Source of the DNA: an uncultured Actinomycetes bacterium
Lineage (GTDB): Bacteria; Actinomycetota; Thermoleophilia; Gaiellales; JAICJC01
Direction: 5' to 3'
DNA length: 64,000 bases
NCBI GenBank assembly: GCA_963706075.1
Contig: CAVPLP010000002.1
Span: 345,626-409,625, forward strand
The translations under genes and the position numbers were made by a program. Position 1 is the stretch's first letter, and each line of letters begins with the position of its first letter. Positions 38,082-47,695 of this stretch are shown here, piece after piece. Under the pieces are notes generated by a model that was not told the origin of the DNA, ran no database searches, and saw nothing but the letters and a program-made list of their open reading frames with translations.

Positions 38082-38453
38082 CTACGCCGCGCGGACCGCC
38101 GCCATCAGCTCCATGAAGCAGCCGACCTCCTCCTCGGAGGTCTCCGCAAGGCCGTTGAGCGCGATCTGAAGCTGGAGGCCGAACACCGAAAGCAGCAGGT
38201 CCGGACCGGTGGGCATCGCAAGGCCGAAGCTGACGTACTCAGTTCCGCTGTCCGCCCCGACGACCTTGTAGCGCCACGCGATCGAGGGGTCGCCCGGCCG
38301 GCTGCACTCCCACCCGAACACGCAGAGGCGCTCGCCGACACGCTCGGCGTCGGTCACGGGAGAACGGAGCAGCGTGCGGACGACGCGACTGACCGTGGCG
38401 TCGTCGGACGCAGAGGCGTCCTCGATGAGGGATGAGAGAAGGAGCCGGGCCAT
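38082..38453 (-). CDS. Hypothetical protein
   Basis: Plausible globular ORF; start inferred. Confidence 0.6.
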   Translation of the reverse strand: MARLLLSSLIEDASASDDATVSRVVRTLLRSPVTDAERVGERLCVFGWECSRPGDPSIAWRYKVVGADSGTEYVSFGLAMPTGPDLLLSVFGLQLQIALNGLAETSEEEVGCFMELMAAVRAA

Positions 38454-38523
38454 CGGGGGTAATGGACGGTGCTCCCAAGGTAGGACGGTGAGGGGGACGC
38501 CGCCTCCCCGGAATGGGGGGTCG

Positions 38524-39882
38524 CTACGCCGCCAGATCGATGGACGCGTCGTCGACCAGCCGGCGGAGCGCGGCAACGCTCTCGGCGTCGAGGCGCGCTC
38601 CTGCGTCGGCGTCGAGGATCGCGAGCACGCGCTCGGCGGGCATCGCGGCCCGGTACGGCCGGTCGCGGGCGAGCGCGTCGTAGACGTCGGCCACCGCGAG
38701 GATGCGCGCGGGCAGCGACAGGGCCGGCGCCTCGAGGCCCCGGTGGTAGCCGCTCCCGTCGAGGCGCTCGTGGTGCGAAGCGGCCGTTCCCGCGATCGGC
38801 CGGAGGCACTCGACCTGCGCCAGCACCTCCGCCGTGTACGCCGGGTGACGGCGCATGAGCTCCCACTCCTCCGGGGTCAGCTTGCCGGGCTTGTCGAGCA
38901 CGATGTTCGGCACGCCGAGCTTCCCCAGGTCGTGCAGGAGCCCGGCCCGGCGGAGGTCGCGAAGCTCGGCCGCATCCAGGCCGAGGATCGCCCCGATCCC
39001 GGCCGCGGTCTCGGCGACCCGCTCAGAGTGGCGCGAGGTGAACGGCGACTTGGCGTCGACGACCCGCCCGAAGGCCTCAGCGATGAGGTCGAGGCGATCG
39101 TCGTCTGCCAGGACGACCTGCTCGGGCGGCTCGAATGCCGCCACGTGGGCGGTCACGTCGGGCGCCGCGACCTGCTGCCAGAACGCGGAGTCGGCGGCGA
39201 CGTGCTCGAAGAGCCGCACGAGCGCCGGGTCGAACCAGGTGCCGCGACGGCGGCGAGCGACGTCTGCCGCTGCCTGCGGCCCGCCGGCCGCGAAGAAGAT
39301 CTCCGCCGTCTGCGCCAGCCCGACGAGCCGACCGAGCAGCGAGATCTCCTCGCCGCGCAGGCCGGCCGGCTTGCCTCTCCCGTCCCAGTGCTCGTCGGCC
39401 GAGGCCATCGCGACCACGGTCGCGTCGGGGAAGGACAGGAGCTGGAGGATCTGGGCGCCGCGATCGCAGCGCAGCCCGACGAGCTCGTCGCCGAGGCGCG
39501 CGCCGCTCCGCGCGACGGCCGCCACCCGGCGCGCCCGCTCGAGCGGCGAACCGGACGTCGATCCGACGATGTGCCGCACCGCCTCACTCGGGCGGTTCCA
39601 GTCGATCCGCTTCAGGCCGCCCTTGAAGCCGAGGTCGTCGCCCCCGATGATCTCCGACACGCGGGCCGCGGTGCTGGAGCAGCCCACGTCCTTCAGCAGA
39701 AGGGCGTAGAAGAGCGCCGAGCGGTCGGCGACACCGAGGCCGAGCTCACCCGCGAGCCGCATGCCGATCATGCAGCTCCGCGCCGCGTGCCCCATCGGCT
39801 GCCCCTCGGTCAGGTCGATGGCGCGCGAGAGCGCCGAGATTACCTCGGACTGGCGGACGAGCGGGGCGGCGTTGTCGGGCAC
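38524..39882 (-). CDS. Tandem HD / HD-GYP phosphodiesterase
   Basis: GHAARSC, LLKDVGC, EHWDGRG, HSERVA, LHDLGK, HHERLDGSGY. Confidence 0.93.
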   Translation of the reverse strand: MPDNAAPLVRQSEVISALSRAIDLTEGQPMGHAARSCMIGMRLAGELGLGVADRSALFYALLLKDVGCSSTAARVSEIIGGDDLGFKGGLKRIDWNRPSEAVRHIVGSTSGSPLERARRVAAVARSGARLGDELVGLRCDRGAQILQLLSFPDATVVAMASADEHWDGRGKPAGLRGEEISLLGRLVGLAQTAEIFFAAGGPQAAADVARRRRGTWFDPALVRLFEHVAADSAFWQQVAAPDVTAHVAAFEPPEQVVLADDDRLDLIAEAFGRVVDAKSPFTSRHSERVAETAAGIGAILGLDAAELRDLRRAGLLHDLGKLGVPNIVLDKPGKLTPEEWELMRRHPAYTAEVLAQVECLRPIAGTAASHHERLDGSGYHRGLEAPALSLPARILAVADVYDALARDRPYRAAMPAERVLAILDADAGARLDAESVAALRRLVDDASIDLAA

Positions 39883-39892
39883 GACACGACGG

Positions 39893-39919
39893 TTATCGGC
39901 GCGCCGTGGCGGGCGCTCA
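39893..39919 (-). promoter_or_regulatory. Sigma28 (FliA/WhiG)-like promoter
   Basis: TGAG-N15-GCCGATAA, 10 nt upstream of the GTG start. Confidence 0.65.
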
Positions 39920-40174
39920 AGCTGCCGGGCCGGCGATGACGCCCAGGCTGAGAGCGCGGTCGAGGAGATCCTCGACGCGCTCGGCCGCATGCGCCGCGGA
40001 CGGCCCGAAGGCCACCGCGAGGATGCGCTTCCACTCCCGCGTGTGGAGGTATGCGCGGATGCGCGGCTCGCCGTCCGCGAACGCCACGACGGTCAGCTCC
40101 AGGCCGCTGTGGCGGCTCGGGCGGTCGATGACGACGGCATCACGTTCTCCGAATGGCGGCGCGGGTTCGCCCAT
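39917..40174 (-). CDS. Small hypothetical protein
   Basis: RBS GGCAGAGG; plausible composition. Confidence 0.55.
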   Translation of the reverse strand: MGEPAPPFGERDAVVIDRPSRHSGLELTVVAFADGEPRIRAYLHTREWKRILAVAFGPSAAHAAERVEDLLDRALSLGVIAGPAA

Positions 40175-40237
40175 GGCCCTCTGCCTACGTTAACCGCGGT
40201 GCCGCGGGTCCGCGTTACGCAGGCTGAGGCTTCCAGC

Positions 40238-41641
40238 TCACTCGGGGCCGCCCAGCGGAATCGAGAACCACACCCGCGTGCCCTTCCCCAGCCGCGACGT
40301 GATGCTCGCGTCCCCGCCGGCCGCGCGGACGCGCTCGACGAGCGCGTCGATCCCCAGGTGGAACGCGGCGTCGGGCCGGGTCCGAGCAGCCGCGACGTCG
40401 AAGCCGAGGCCGTCGTCGCGGATCACGCCGCGCAGCGCCCCGGCGTCCTCCGCGACCGTGACGCTGATCCGCTCGGCGGCCGCGTGCTTGCGGATGTTCG
40501 CGAGCGCCTCCTGGATCGTGCGGTACACGAGCTCCTCGACGCTCGGGTCATACCGGGCCGGCTCGCAGCGCACTCGCGCCGTGGCGTTGGTCGCCCGCGC
40601 GGTCTGGTCGGCGAGCACGCGCAGCGCCGCCCGAAGGCCGTTCTCGTGGAGGATCGCGGGACGGAGCTCGAACATCAGCCGGCGGGTGCGGTCGGTGGCC
40701 TCCTCGAGCGTCGCGCGGGTGTGCATCACCGCCGACTCGAGCTTCATGTCGCCTGCCTTCCGGGCGACGAGCGCAACGCGGTCCATCGAGAGCAGCGCCG
40801 CCGTCATCACCTGCACCGTGTCGTCGTGCAGCTCCGTGGCGATCCGGCTGCGCTCGTTCTCCTCCGCCTGGAGCATCGTGATCAGGATCTCGCGCCGGCG
40901 CCGCTCGCTGTCCGCGAGGGCCCGCTCGGCCAGCACGCGGTCGGTCACGTCGGAGAAGACGCAACCGACCCACTCGACGTGCCCGGCCGCGCCGGCGATC
41001 GGAAACAGGCTCAGGAGATAGGTGTTCACGCCGTCCCCGCCGGTCGCCTCCATGTTGACGATCTGCTCACCGGTCGCGAACACCTTGCGGATCGCGTTGA
41101 CCACGACGGGGGCGACGTCAGGGAACACGTCATCCAACCGCATTCCGATGTGCGACGGCGTGATCCGCCCCATCTGCTCGACGCGGGTGTTCACGCGCAC
41201 GATACGTAAGTCGCTGTCGTACACAACGACGCCCGACCGGCGCCCGGTCGAGCACCAGGCTCAGAACGTCGGCGTCACTGGTCGTCTCGGGTGTCGGGGC
41301 CGGCGCCATCGTGGCGACGATGATGTCCTCTTCGCCCAGGGTCATCGCATGCAGTTCGATGCTCGCGAGCAGCGGGCCGTGCGCCGTCCCGATCTCACGA
41401 ACGTATCGGTATGCCTGCCCCGGCGCCGGGAGGCGCTCGAGCACCATTTCTCACGACTCCTGTCCGCGAGGCCGAACGCGGACGCAGACCGGCCGACCAT
41501 CTCGTCCCTCGAGAGGCCCATCAGCCGGCAGAACCCGTCGCTGACGTGGACAGTGATGCCGTCGCGCCGCGTGACGAGGACCGCGCGCGCCGACTCGGCG
41601 ACGTTGCCCGACCCACCCGTGGTCGGAGGCGAGGGCGTCAC
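40238..41641 (-). CDS. PAS-PAS HisKA_3 histidine kinase with two frameshifts (~41450, ~41232)
   Basis: PAS motifs VSDGFCRLMG..RDEMVG and YDSDLRIVRVN; ERSRIATELHDD, QEALAN, DDGLGF. Confidence 0.85.
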
Positions 41642-41834
41642 GATGCGGCCCTGGCGCAGGCGAAGCAGCCCCCGCCCCGCACGACATCCGGTGTCGCAGC
41701 GCGCCGCCGCACCGCCGCGGATCTTATCCGCGATCAAGGGATTTCCCCTATGCGTGGCTCCCGAGCGCCGACGTAGCCTCGTCCTATGCCGCATTTGCGG
41801 CGGCATCTCTGATCCCCACGGTTAGGAGGACGAC

Positions 41835-42866
41835 ATGCGTTCCTTGGCTCGGTGGGTTGCGCTCCTCGGCGCGACCCTCGCCTGCCTGGTGGCCTTCTCC
41901 GGATCCGCGGCTGCGTCCACGCACGCGCAGCGGCTCCTCGAGAGGTACCAGCCGGTGACCATCATGGACACCAACGAGAGCTTCACCCCGACCGCCGTCG
42001 AGGCGTTCGTCGCCGACGCCGACCTCGAGACGCAGACGGCGCCGAACACGTGGACGCTCGTGAGCTCGAGCCCATCGACGACCACGCTTCCGACGACGCC
42101 GACGGCGGCGTGCATCGCCCAGTCGCTCGAGCCGTGCTACCGGCTGAACCAGCACGACTGCACGCCCGCGACCGGTGCGGCGTCGGTATCATGTTACCGA
42201 AACGATTGGCTAAGTCCGCAACCGCGGAGTGTCGTCTATGGACGAGTTACACATACAGAACGAACGACGATCGTTCAGTACTGGTACTTCTCCTACGACG
42301 ACTTCTATAGCTACAACTACCCACCGGATGACTTCATCTGGCAGTCCCACGAGGGTGACTGGGAAGCCGTGACGGTCCTCATCCGTCGCGGCGCGAATCA
42401 CCCCCGCTGGATCGGCTACAGCCAGCACTGCACCGGTGAGCGGCGCAGCTGGAGCGACACGCCTCGCTGGCACGGCTCGCAGCATCCCGTCGTCGACGTC
42501 GGCATCGGGTCGCACGCGAACTTCTTCTCGACCGGCGACCACCCGATTGCCGTGCAGTGCATCCCGGCGCAGGCGGTGGCGTTCCTCCAGTCGCAGGGGC
42601 TCGCGCTTCCCGTCGACCACAGCCACGCCGGACAGGCCTACGGGCCCGCCGGAGCGGCCGGCGTCACGCCGACCTCCGTCTCGCGGATCACGTCGACGCG
42701 GCCCGCCTGGACGCGGTTCGCCGGCACGTGGGGCGAATACCAGTTCTTCCACGGCCCCAGCCCGATCGGCACGGTCGTCTCGGGGTTCTCGCCGGTCTCG
42801 CCACCGGCGCAGGGCCTGTGGCAGCACCCGGTGCAGACGGTCATCGGCTGGCCGCGCACCGGTTGA
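41835..42866 (+). CDS. Secreted Vps62/NPP1-like protein
   Basis: AGGAGG RBS, signal peptide, QYWYF, HEGDWE, SQH, GSHANF. Confidence 0.8.
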   Translation: MRSLARWVALLGATLACLVAFSGSAAASTHAQRLLERYQPVTIMDTNESFTPTAVEAFVADADLETQTAPNTWTLVSSSPSTTTLPTTPTAACIAQSLEPCYRLNQHDCTPATGAASVSCYRNDWLSPQPRSVVYGRVTHTERTTIVQYWYFSYDDFYSYNYPPDDFIWQSHEGDWEAVTVLIRRGANHPRWIGYSQHCTGERRSWSDTPRWHGSQHPVVDVGIGSHANFFSTGDHPIAVQCIPAQAVAFLQSQGLALPVDHSHAGQAYGPAGAAGVTPTSVSRITSTRPAWTRFAGTWGEYQFFHGPSPIGTVVSGFSPVSPPAQGLWQHPVQTVIGWPRTG

Positions 42867-42876
42867 GCAGCGACGC

Positions 42877-42906
42877 GGGAGCGGGGTCGTGGCGGGCCCC
42901 GCTCCC
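42877..42906. terminator. GC hairpin between convergent genes
   Basis: GGGAGCGGGGTC/GGCCCCGCTCCC. Confidence 0.7.
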
Positions 42907-42907
42907 C

Positions 42908-43789
42908 CTACCAGACTCGGGGGAGCGCCCTCGTCGCCGCTGCGAGGCCGAGGTGCGGCACGCCGAACCCCGCCTCGAGCGTGCGAAGCAGCGAGTAGGT
43001 CGTGCTGGGGCGGGTCAGGCGGTGGTGGAGCCTGGCATGGCGGGAGATGATGAAGAGCGGGATCCTGCCGCCGTGGATGTGCGGCAGACAGCATCCCGAG
43101 GAGTCGTTGTGCCCCTCGTCCCAGATGATGATGATCACGCCGTGGTGCCGGTAGCCGCGAGAGCGCATGACCCGCGAGACCCAGGCGGAGAGCCACCGGT
43201 CGCCGGCCCGAACCGAGCCGTCGTGCATGTTGTGGGCGTTGTTCGGGACGATGTAGGTGAGCGCCGGTGGATTGCGCAGGCTGCGCGGGAGCGCGCGCAG
43301 GTTCCTGAGGTGCCGGCGCTGGCGCGCCTTGGAGGTGACGCTTCGGAAGTACACGAACGGGTTGTGGTGGCGGACGTACGACCCCCGGTTGCCACCCACG
43401 TAGCCCCGTCGAGGCAGGCCCTCGAAGAAGCCCTGCCACCCAAGCCCACGGCCGCTCAGCTGGCTCGCGAGCGTCGGGCCGCGGAACCCGCCCTTGCAGT
43501 GGTCGCTCGAGCACCCGTGCGTCGATCCCGAGATCATCGCCAGGTAGTTGGGCAGGCTGGGATGCGCCGGCGCGTAGAACCGCGTCGCAACCTGGTATCG
43601 GCGCGCGACGCGGTTCAGGAACGGGGCCTGCCTGTTCCCCAGGATCTGGCCGAGGCTGTGGTTCTCCATCACGAAGACCCAGGCGTGGTTGAGCCTGTGT
43701 GTCCGCGCCTCCGCGGGGGACGCAGCGACGACGAGGGTTGCCGCCAGACAGGCGAGCACGCTCATCGCGACCCTCGGGCTCCGGCGCAT
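42908..43789 (-). CDS. Secreted phosphoesterase / acid phosphatase
   Basis: FVMENHS, HPSLPNYLA, RHHNPF, NMHDG, WDEG. Confidence 0.92.
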   Translation of the reverse strand: MRRSPRVAMSVLACLAATLVVAASPAEARTHRLNHAWVFVMENHSLGQILGNRQAPFLNRVARRYQVATRFYAPAHPSLPNYLAMISGSTHGCSSDHCKGGFRGPTLASQLSGRGLGWQGFFEGLPRRGYVGGNRGSYVRHHNPFVYFRSVTSKARQRRHLRNLRALPRSLRNPPALTYIVPNNAHNMHDGSVRAGDRWLSAWVSRVMRSRGYRHHGVIIIIWDEGHNDSSGCCLPHIHGGRIPLFIISRHARLHHRLTRPSTTYSLLRTLEAGFGVPHLGLAAATRALPRVW

Positions 43790-43811
43790 CCGGGGCACGC
43801 TCACAGCATTG

Positions 43812-43839
43812 CCTGAGGAAAACCTGAGAAGGGCGTAAG
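43812..43839 (-). promoter_or_regulatory. 11-bp-period direct repeats, MprA-box-like (TCTCAG-N5-CCTCAG)
   Basis: CCTGAG at 43812 and 43823, CGTAAG at 43834. Confidence 0.55.
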
Positions 43840-43893
43840 GATTCTTCGCCGGACTCACCGGCACGCGGCGGCGCCGGTGCGTACAATCCAGGC

Positions 43894-44103
43894 ATGGCCG
43901 CGAGCGGTGCACTCCGGCGACTCCACAACCCGCGCGGGCGTCAGTGCGGGTGCTCCCCGGACTGCTGGTGCCAGCGGACCCGGATCGGCAGGCTGGTGAG
44001 GTGGTGGTTCCCGGGCCGGTACTTCGGTCTGCGCCACAAGTCGGTGTCGCCGGAGTGGAAGCGCGAGATGCACGAGTCGGGCGACGAGCCGCGGGGCGTG
44101 TAA
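43894..44103 (+). CDS. Small Cys-rich protein (CGCSPDCWC), leaderless
   Basis: TACAAT 6 nt before the ATG. Confidence 0.7.
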   Translation: MAASGALRRLHNPRGRQCGCSPDCWCQRTRIGRLVRWWFPGRYFGLRHKSVSPEWKREMHESGDEPRGV

Positions 44104-44179
44104 CCAACCCAAAGGCGCCCGTTGTCTATCCGGACGATATGCGACGATCGTTTCGCTCGTTCGACTCCCGACGCAGGAG

Positions 44180-44737
44180 GTGTGGGTGCCGAAGCGCGCG
44201 GTTGTCCTCGTCGCAGCGCTTGGAATCGTCGTCGCGGTCAGCCTGGTCGGCATCGCATCGGCCGCAGGCGGATCGTCCGGCCGCACGGCGCTGCGCGCAT
44301 GGGGGTTCGGTGCCGGGCGCCCCGATCCGGCGCCCGTCCCGCACATCACCCGGGCCCGGACGATGGTGCTCCGCGCTTCGAACTTCACGATCTCCACGAT
44401 CGACAACGACCCGGCGGGAACGAGTCCGGGCGACGAGATCGTCGTGGAGGGCACACTGACCCGCGCGCACGGCGATGCGGCCGGGGGCCTCGCCGTCACC
44501 GAGGTCTTCACCGGCCTCCCGGCAGGCGGTGGCGCTCGGCTCGAGCTGACATTCACGGTGACCCTCCCCGGCGGCCAGATCTCGGCCGTGGGGCTCGGGC
44601 GCGTCAGCCAGTCGGGCTCGGTCAAGATCCGGATCCCCGTCGTCGGCGGAACCGGGAAGTACCGAAACGCCCGCGGGGTCGTGATCGTCAAGTCCTCGTC
44701 GAGCTCAGCCCGGTTGACGTTCCTCCTGATCCCCTAG
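44180..44737 (+). CDS. Secreted dirigent/allene-oxide-cyclase-like beta-barrel protein
   Basis: Signal peptide, SPGD, LPGGQI, VGGTGKYRNARG. Confidence 0.8.
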   Translation: MWVPKRAVVLVAALGIVVAVSLVGIASAAGGSSGRTALRAWGFGAGRPDPAPVPHITRARTMVLRASNFTISTIDNDPAGTSPGDEIVVEGTLTRAHGDAAGGLAVTEVFTGLPAGGGARLELTFTVTLPGGQISAVGLGRVSQSGSVKIRIPVVGGTGKYRNARGVVIVKSSSSSARLTFLLIP

Positions 44738-44762
44738 CTCCGCGCGGTGGTACGCTCAGTCC

Positions 44763-45011
44763 GTGAGCGGCTGGGTGCTCTTCACCTTCGATCTCCTGGT
44801 CACGGGCCTCGTGTGCGTCATCTACGTGCAGACGGGTCGACTCATCCGGTGGCTGTTCAAGCGAGACGCCTCCGGCGGCTCGGGCGGCGGGATGCCCTGG
44901 CGGTACTCGCCCTTCGGTCCGCATGGAGGCCCGCATCCGCGCGCCCCGGGGCGCCGGTCACCGCAGCGGAGCGCCGAAACCGCGCCGCCCGCCCGCCGGG
45001 CCGTCCGCTAG
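44763..45011 (+). CDS. Small membrane protein
   Basis: N-terminal TM; TACGCT 6 nt upstream. Confidence 0.55.
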   Translation: MSGWVLFTFDLLVTGLVCVIYVQTGRLIRWLFKRDASGGSGGGMPWRYSPFGPHGGPHPRAPGRRSPQRSAETAPPARRAVR

Positions 45012-45044
45012 CGTCCGGCAGACCGAACCCGGGAGGGAAGACGC

Positions 45045-45200
45045 ATGGCTGACCGCAAGTACGGCGGAGTGACGATCGGCGGGATCGTGGTGATCGTCGG
45101 GGTCATCATGATGCTCTTCGTCAGCCTCGTGATCGGGCTGATCGTGACGCTCATCGGACTCGTCGCATTCGGCGGCTTTGTCCGCGGCAAGTGGTACTGA
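45045..45200 (+). CDS. 51-aa two-TM protein absent from the ORF track (MADRKYGGVTIGG...FVRGKWY)
   Basis: GGGAGGG RBS, GC3-rich codons. Confidence 0.8.
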   Translation: MADRKYGGVTIGGIVVIVGVIMMLFVSLVIGLIVTLIGLVAFGGFVRGKWY

Positions 45201-45215
45201 GCCTCTGAGCGGCGG

Positions 45216-45686
45216 CTAGCGCTCTCCGTCCCAGTAGTCGAGGTCCGGGCTGCGCCGGATGATGTGGTCGAGCGCCTCGTCGTGGCGTCCCCAGATGCCG
45301 ACCTTGTCGCTGTCGGGGTACTCGATGATCCCGAACTCGTGCTTGTTTGAAAAGAGCGCGACTCGGGCGGTCTCGTCGCCGGCGTTGTGGACGCGATGCG
45401 CGCCGGCGGGCCCCACCGGGAAGCAGACGACGTCGCCCGCCTCCAGAGCCGTTTCGCCTTCAGGCGTCCGAACCGTCGGCGTTCCGGCAACGACGATCAA
45501 CCACTCCTCGTCGCCCCAGTGGAAGTGATAGGGGCAAACCGCCTGTCCCGGCGGGAGCTCGTAGACCGTCATCCCGACCCGGGCCGCCCCCAGCATCGGC
45601 CCGAGCTCCGCTGCTCGAGCGTGAAATCCCGGCGGGTCACTCTCGTCACCGCTCGTCGCACCGCGAAAGAGATTGAACGTCTTCAT
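45216..45686 (-). CDS. Cupin domain protein
   Basis: PYHFH..EEW, GDVVCFP.G...AH, EYPDS. Confidence 0.9.
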   Translation of the reverse strand: MKTFNLFRGATSGDESDPPGFHARAAELGPMLGAARVGMTVYELPPGQAVCPYHFHWGDEEWLIVVAGTPTVRTPEGETALEAGDVVCFPVGPAGAHRVHNAGDETARVALFSNKHEFGIIEYPDSDKVGIWGRHDEALDHIIRRSPDLDYWDGER

Positions 45687-45785
45687 CGAGCAAGCATAAA
45701 GCCCATCCGTGAGGAGGATCGACAGCGGTCCGGGGGTTCGGCAGTCCCGCCCGGCTCGCGGCATCGCCACCGGCCCGCGCGAGTA

Positions 45786-46469
45786 CTAGGGCAGTAATCC
45801 CGGAGCCGGCTGCCGGCGGAAGCTCTCGAGCAAGAGGTGGATACTGACCGCGAGCACCCAGAGCGGAAACAGGAGCTCGAGCCAGCCGACCACGTTTACG
45901 CCCAGCAGCAGCGCCAGCGCGGACGCGTATCCGGCGATGCCCAGCCAGCGCGGGATCACGCCATAGCGAAGGGTGATGGTGGCAGTCGAGATCATGAACA
46001 CCGCCGCCATCCGCATCCCGTAGGTGGTTAGCAGCGCGTGTGCCAGGCTGCCGCCGAAGCGCCAGCTCTGGGCGGAGTCCGCCGACGCATGGACGCCTCC
46101 GCGGAACCCGGTGACGAGGCTGCCAGTGACCGCCGCTGCACCGAACATCATCGCCACGAACAACAGGCCGCTACCCAAGAAAACGGTCGCGAAGAATCGA
46201 TCCTCACGGGCGCCCAGACGGTCGCGAATGACGCCGATGAACCACAGGAACGCGATGCCGGCGAACGGCACGAGGTTCACGGCAACCAGCACGGCGTGCC
46301 GGCGGCCCGCGTTGGTCAGCCACTCCCTGGCATCGCTCGGATCCGCAGGAACCGAGATCCGCACCAGCACCAGGCTGACTCCGAGCAAGAGCGAGAAGAC
46401 GACTCCGGCGATCGCCGCCGCTTGTGGCGTGCGCAGCTCCTTGTGGATGAACTTCGCTTCGTCATCCAT
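45786..46469 (-). CDS. Multi-pass membrane protein
   Basis: ~5-6 TMs; PFAGIAFLWFIGVIRDR. Confidence 0.8.
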   Translation of the reverse strand: MDDEAKFIHKELRTPQAAAIAGVVFSLLLGVSLVLVRISVPADPSDAREWLTNAGRRHAVLVAVNLVPFAGIAFLWFIGVIRDRLGAREDRFFATVFLGSGLLFVAMMFGAAAVTGSLVTGFRGGVHASADSAQSWRFGGSLAHALLTTYGMRMAAVFMISTATITLRYGVIPRWLGIAGYASALALLLGVNVVGWLELLFPLWVLAVSIHLLLESFRRQPAPGLLP

Positions 46470-46589
46470 GGTCGACCGTCCACCCTACTCCGGACACGGC
46501 GACGAGCACGCCGCGAACATCGCAGGCGCATGGCTGGGCGGTTTGTCGCCTATCCATCCCGTTCGCCGCCGCTCTCGCCTTGATGGGAG

Positions 46590-46662
46590 AGCCGGGAGCG
46601 GGACTCGAACCCGCGACCGTCCGATTACAAATCGGAGGCTCTACCAGCTGAGCTATCCCGGC
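46590..46662 (-). tRNA. tRNA-Thr(TGT)
   Basis: GCCGGGA acceptor, TAGCTCAGCTGGTAGAGC, TCCGA-TTTGTAA-TCGGA, GGTTCGAGTCC. Confidence 0.97.
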
Positions 46663-46874
46663 GTGATCCGAGCCTACCGCGGCGGTTCGAAGGTGGCCAC
46701 CCGACGAGCGTTGCCACGTTGGCAGGTGCGCCTGGTTGGAAGTGGCCGGCCGGCGCGGAGGGGGAGGCGTGCGCCGACCGGCCACAGTAGGGCGGCGCTC
46801 AGGAATGGGGGTACGCCGCCGCAGTCCGTACTCCCGGGAATGCTATAGCACGAGACGGCTGGTATCGAACGGCG

Positions 46875-47543
46875 CTAGGAAAGCTGGCGGCGGGTCTGGA
46901 GGTGGGCCAGCACCTTGCGCTTCACGCGCTGGAGCGCGTTGTCGACCGTCTTCGGGTCGCAGCCGATTAGATCGCCGATCGCCTCGTAGCTTCGACCCTC
47001 GAGGTAGTAGGTGAGCACCTGCGCCTCGAGCGGTGACAACGTCGAGCTCAGGCACGCCAAGAGGCTCTGGAGCTCGTCCGTCGAGATGACGCACGTCGCC
47101 GGGTCGTCGACCGCAGGACCGGGGAGCGCGTCGCCCAGCGTGCAGTCGGCGTCGACGTCCTGGCCGGCGGGCGTGTGGCTGAACGAGACGTAGGTGTTGA
47201 GCGGCGCGTGCTTGTACCGGGTCGCGGTCTTGATGGCAGTGATGATCTGACGGGTGATGCAGAGCTCGGCGAACGACCGAAATGACGTCTCCTTGTCGGA
47301 GCGGAAGTCGCGCACCGCCTTGAAGAGACCGACGAGGCCTTCCTGCACCAGGTCGCTGCCGTCGCCGCCGGCCAGGAAGTACGAGCTCGCCTTCAGCCGG
47401 ACGAAACCGTGGTAGCGGCGGATCAGATCGTCCATCGCACGCTCGTCCCCGTTCCTCGCGGCGGCGATCAGGGCCAGCTCGTGCGGTTCGCGCCAGGTGC
47501 GTGCGCCGCTTCGGGCCGCGGCCGATGCTCGTGATGTCGCCAC
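46875..47543 (-). CDS. sigH: RNA polymerase sigma-H (Spo0H-type)
   Basis: DLVQEG..GLFKAVRDF, SF.SFAELCITRQIITAIKTATR.KH.PLN, K.VDNALQRVKRK; synteny. Confidence 0.93.
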   Translation of the reverse strand: MATSRASAAARSGARTWREPHELALIAAARNGDERAMDDLIRRYHGFVRLKASSYFLAGGDGSDLVQEGLVGLFKAVRDFRSDKETSFRSFAELCITRQIITAIKTATRYKHAPLNTYVSFSHTPAGQDVDADCTLGDALPGPAVDDPATCVISTDELQSLLACLSSTLSPLEAQVLTYYLEGRSYEAIGDLIGCDPKTVDNALQRVKRKVLAHLQTRRQLS

Positions 47544-47565
47544 TTCAAACCTCCGGAGGAAGCCA

Positions 47566-47597
47566 ACCCTCGAGTCTCATAAACCTGACCCTCGAGT
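47566..47597. promoter_or_regulatory. Direct repeat ACCCTCGAGT x2, 22 bp apart, upstream of sigH
   Basis: Exact 10-mers at 47566 and 47588. Confidence 0.55.
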
Positions 47598-47695
47598 ACA
47601 GCTTTAGGGACGGTCGGGAACTCTAAGCGCACGCAGGCGATATGTCAAGTTCTCGCACCAAACCCTTCACGGCGGGTGGTGCGGTACCTGACCCC

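Noticed and set aside
38082-46589. Integrative element at tRNA-Thr (or at tRNA-Leu)
   Set aside because: No integrase and no duplicated tRNA 3' end found.
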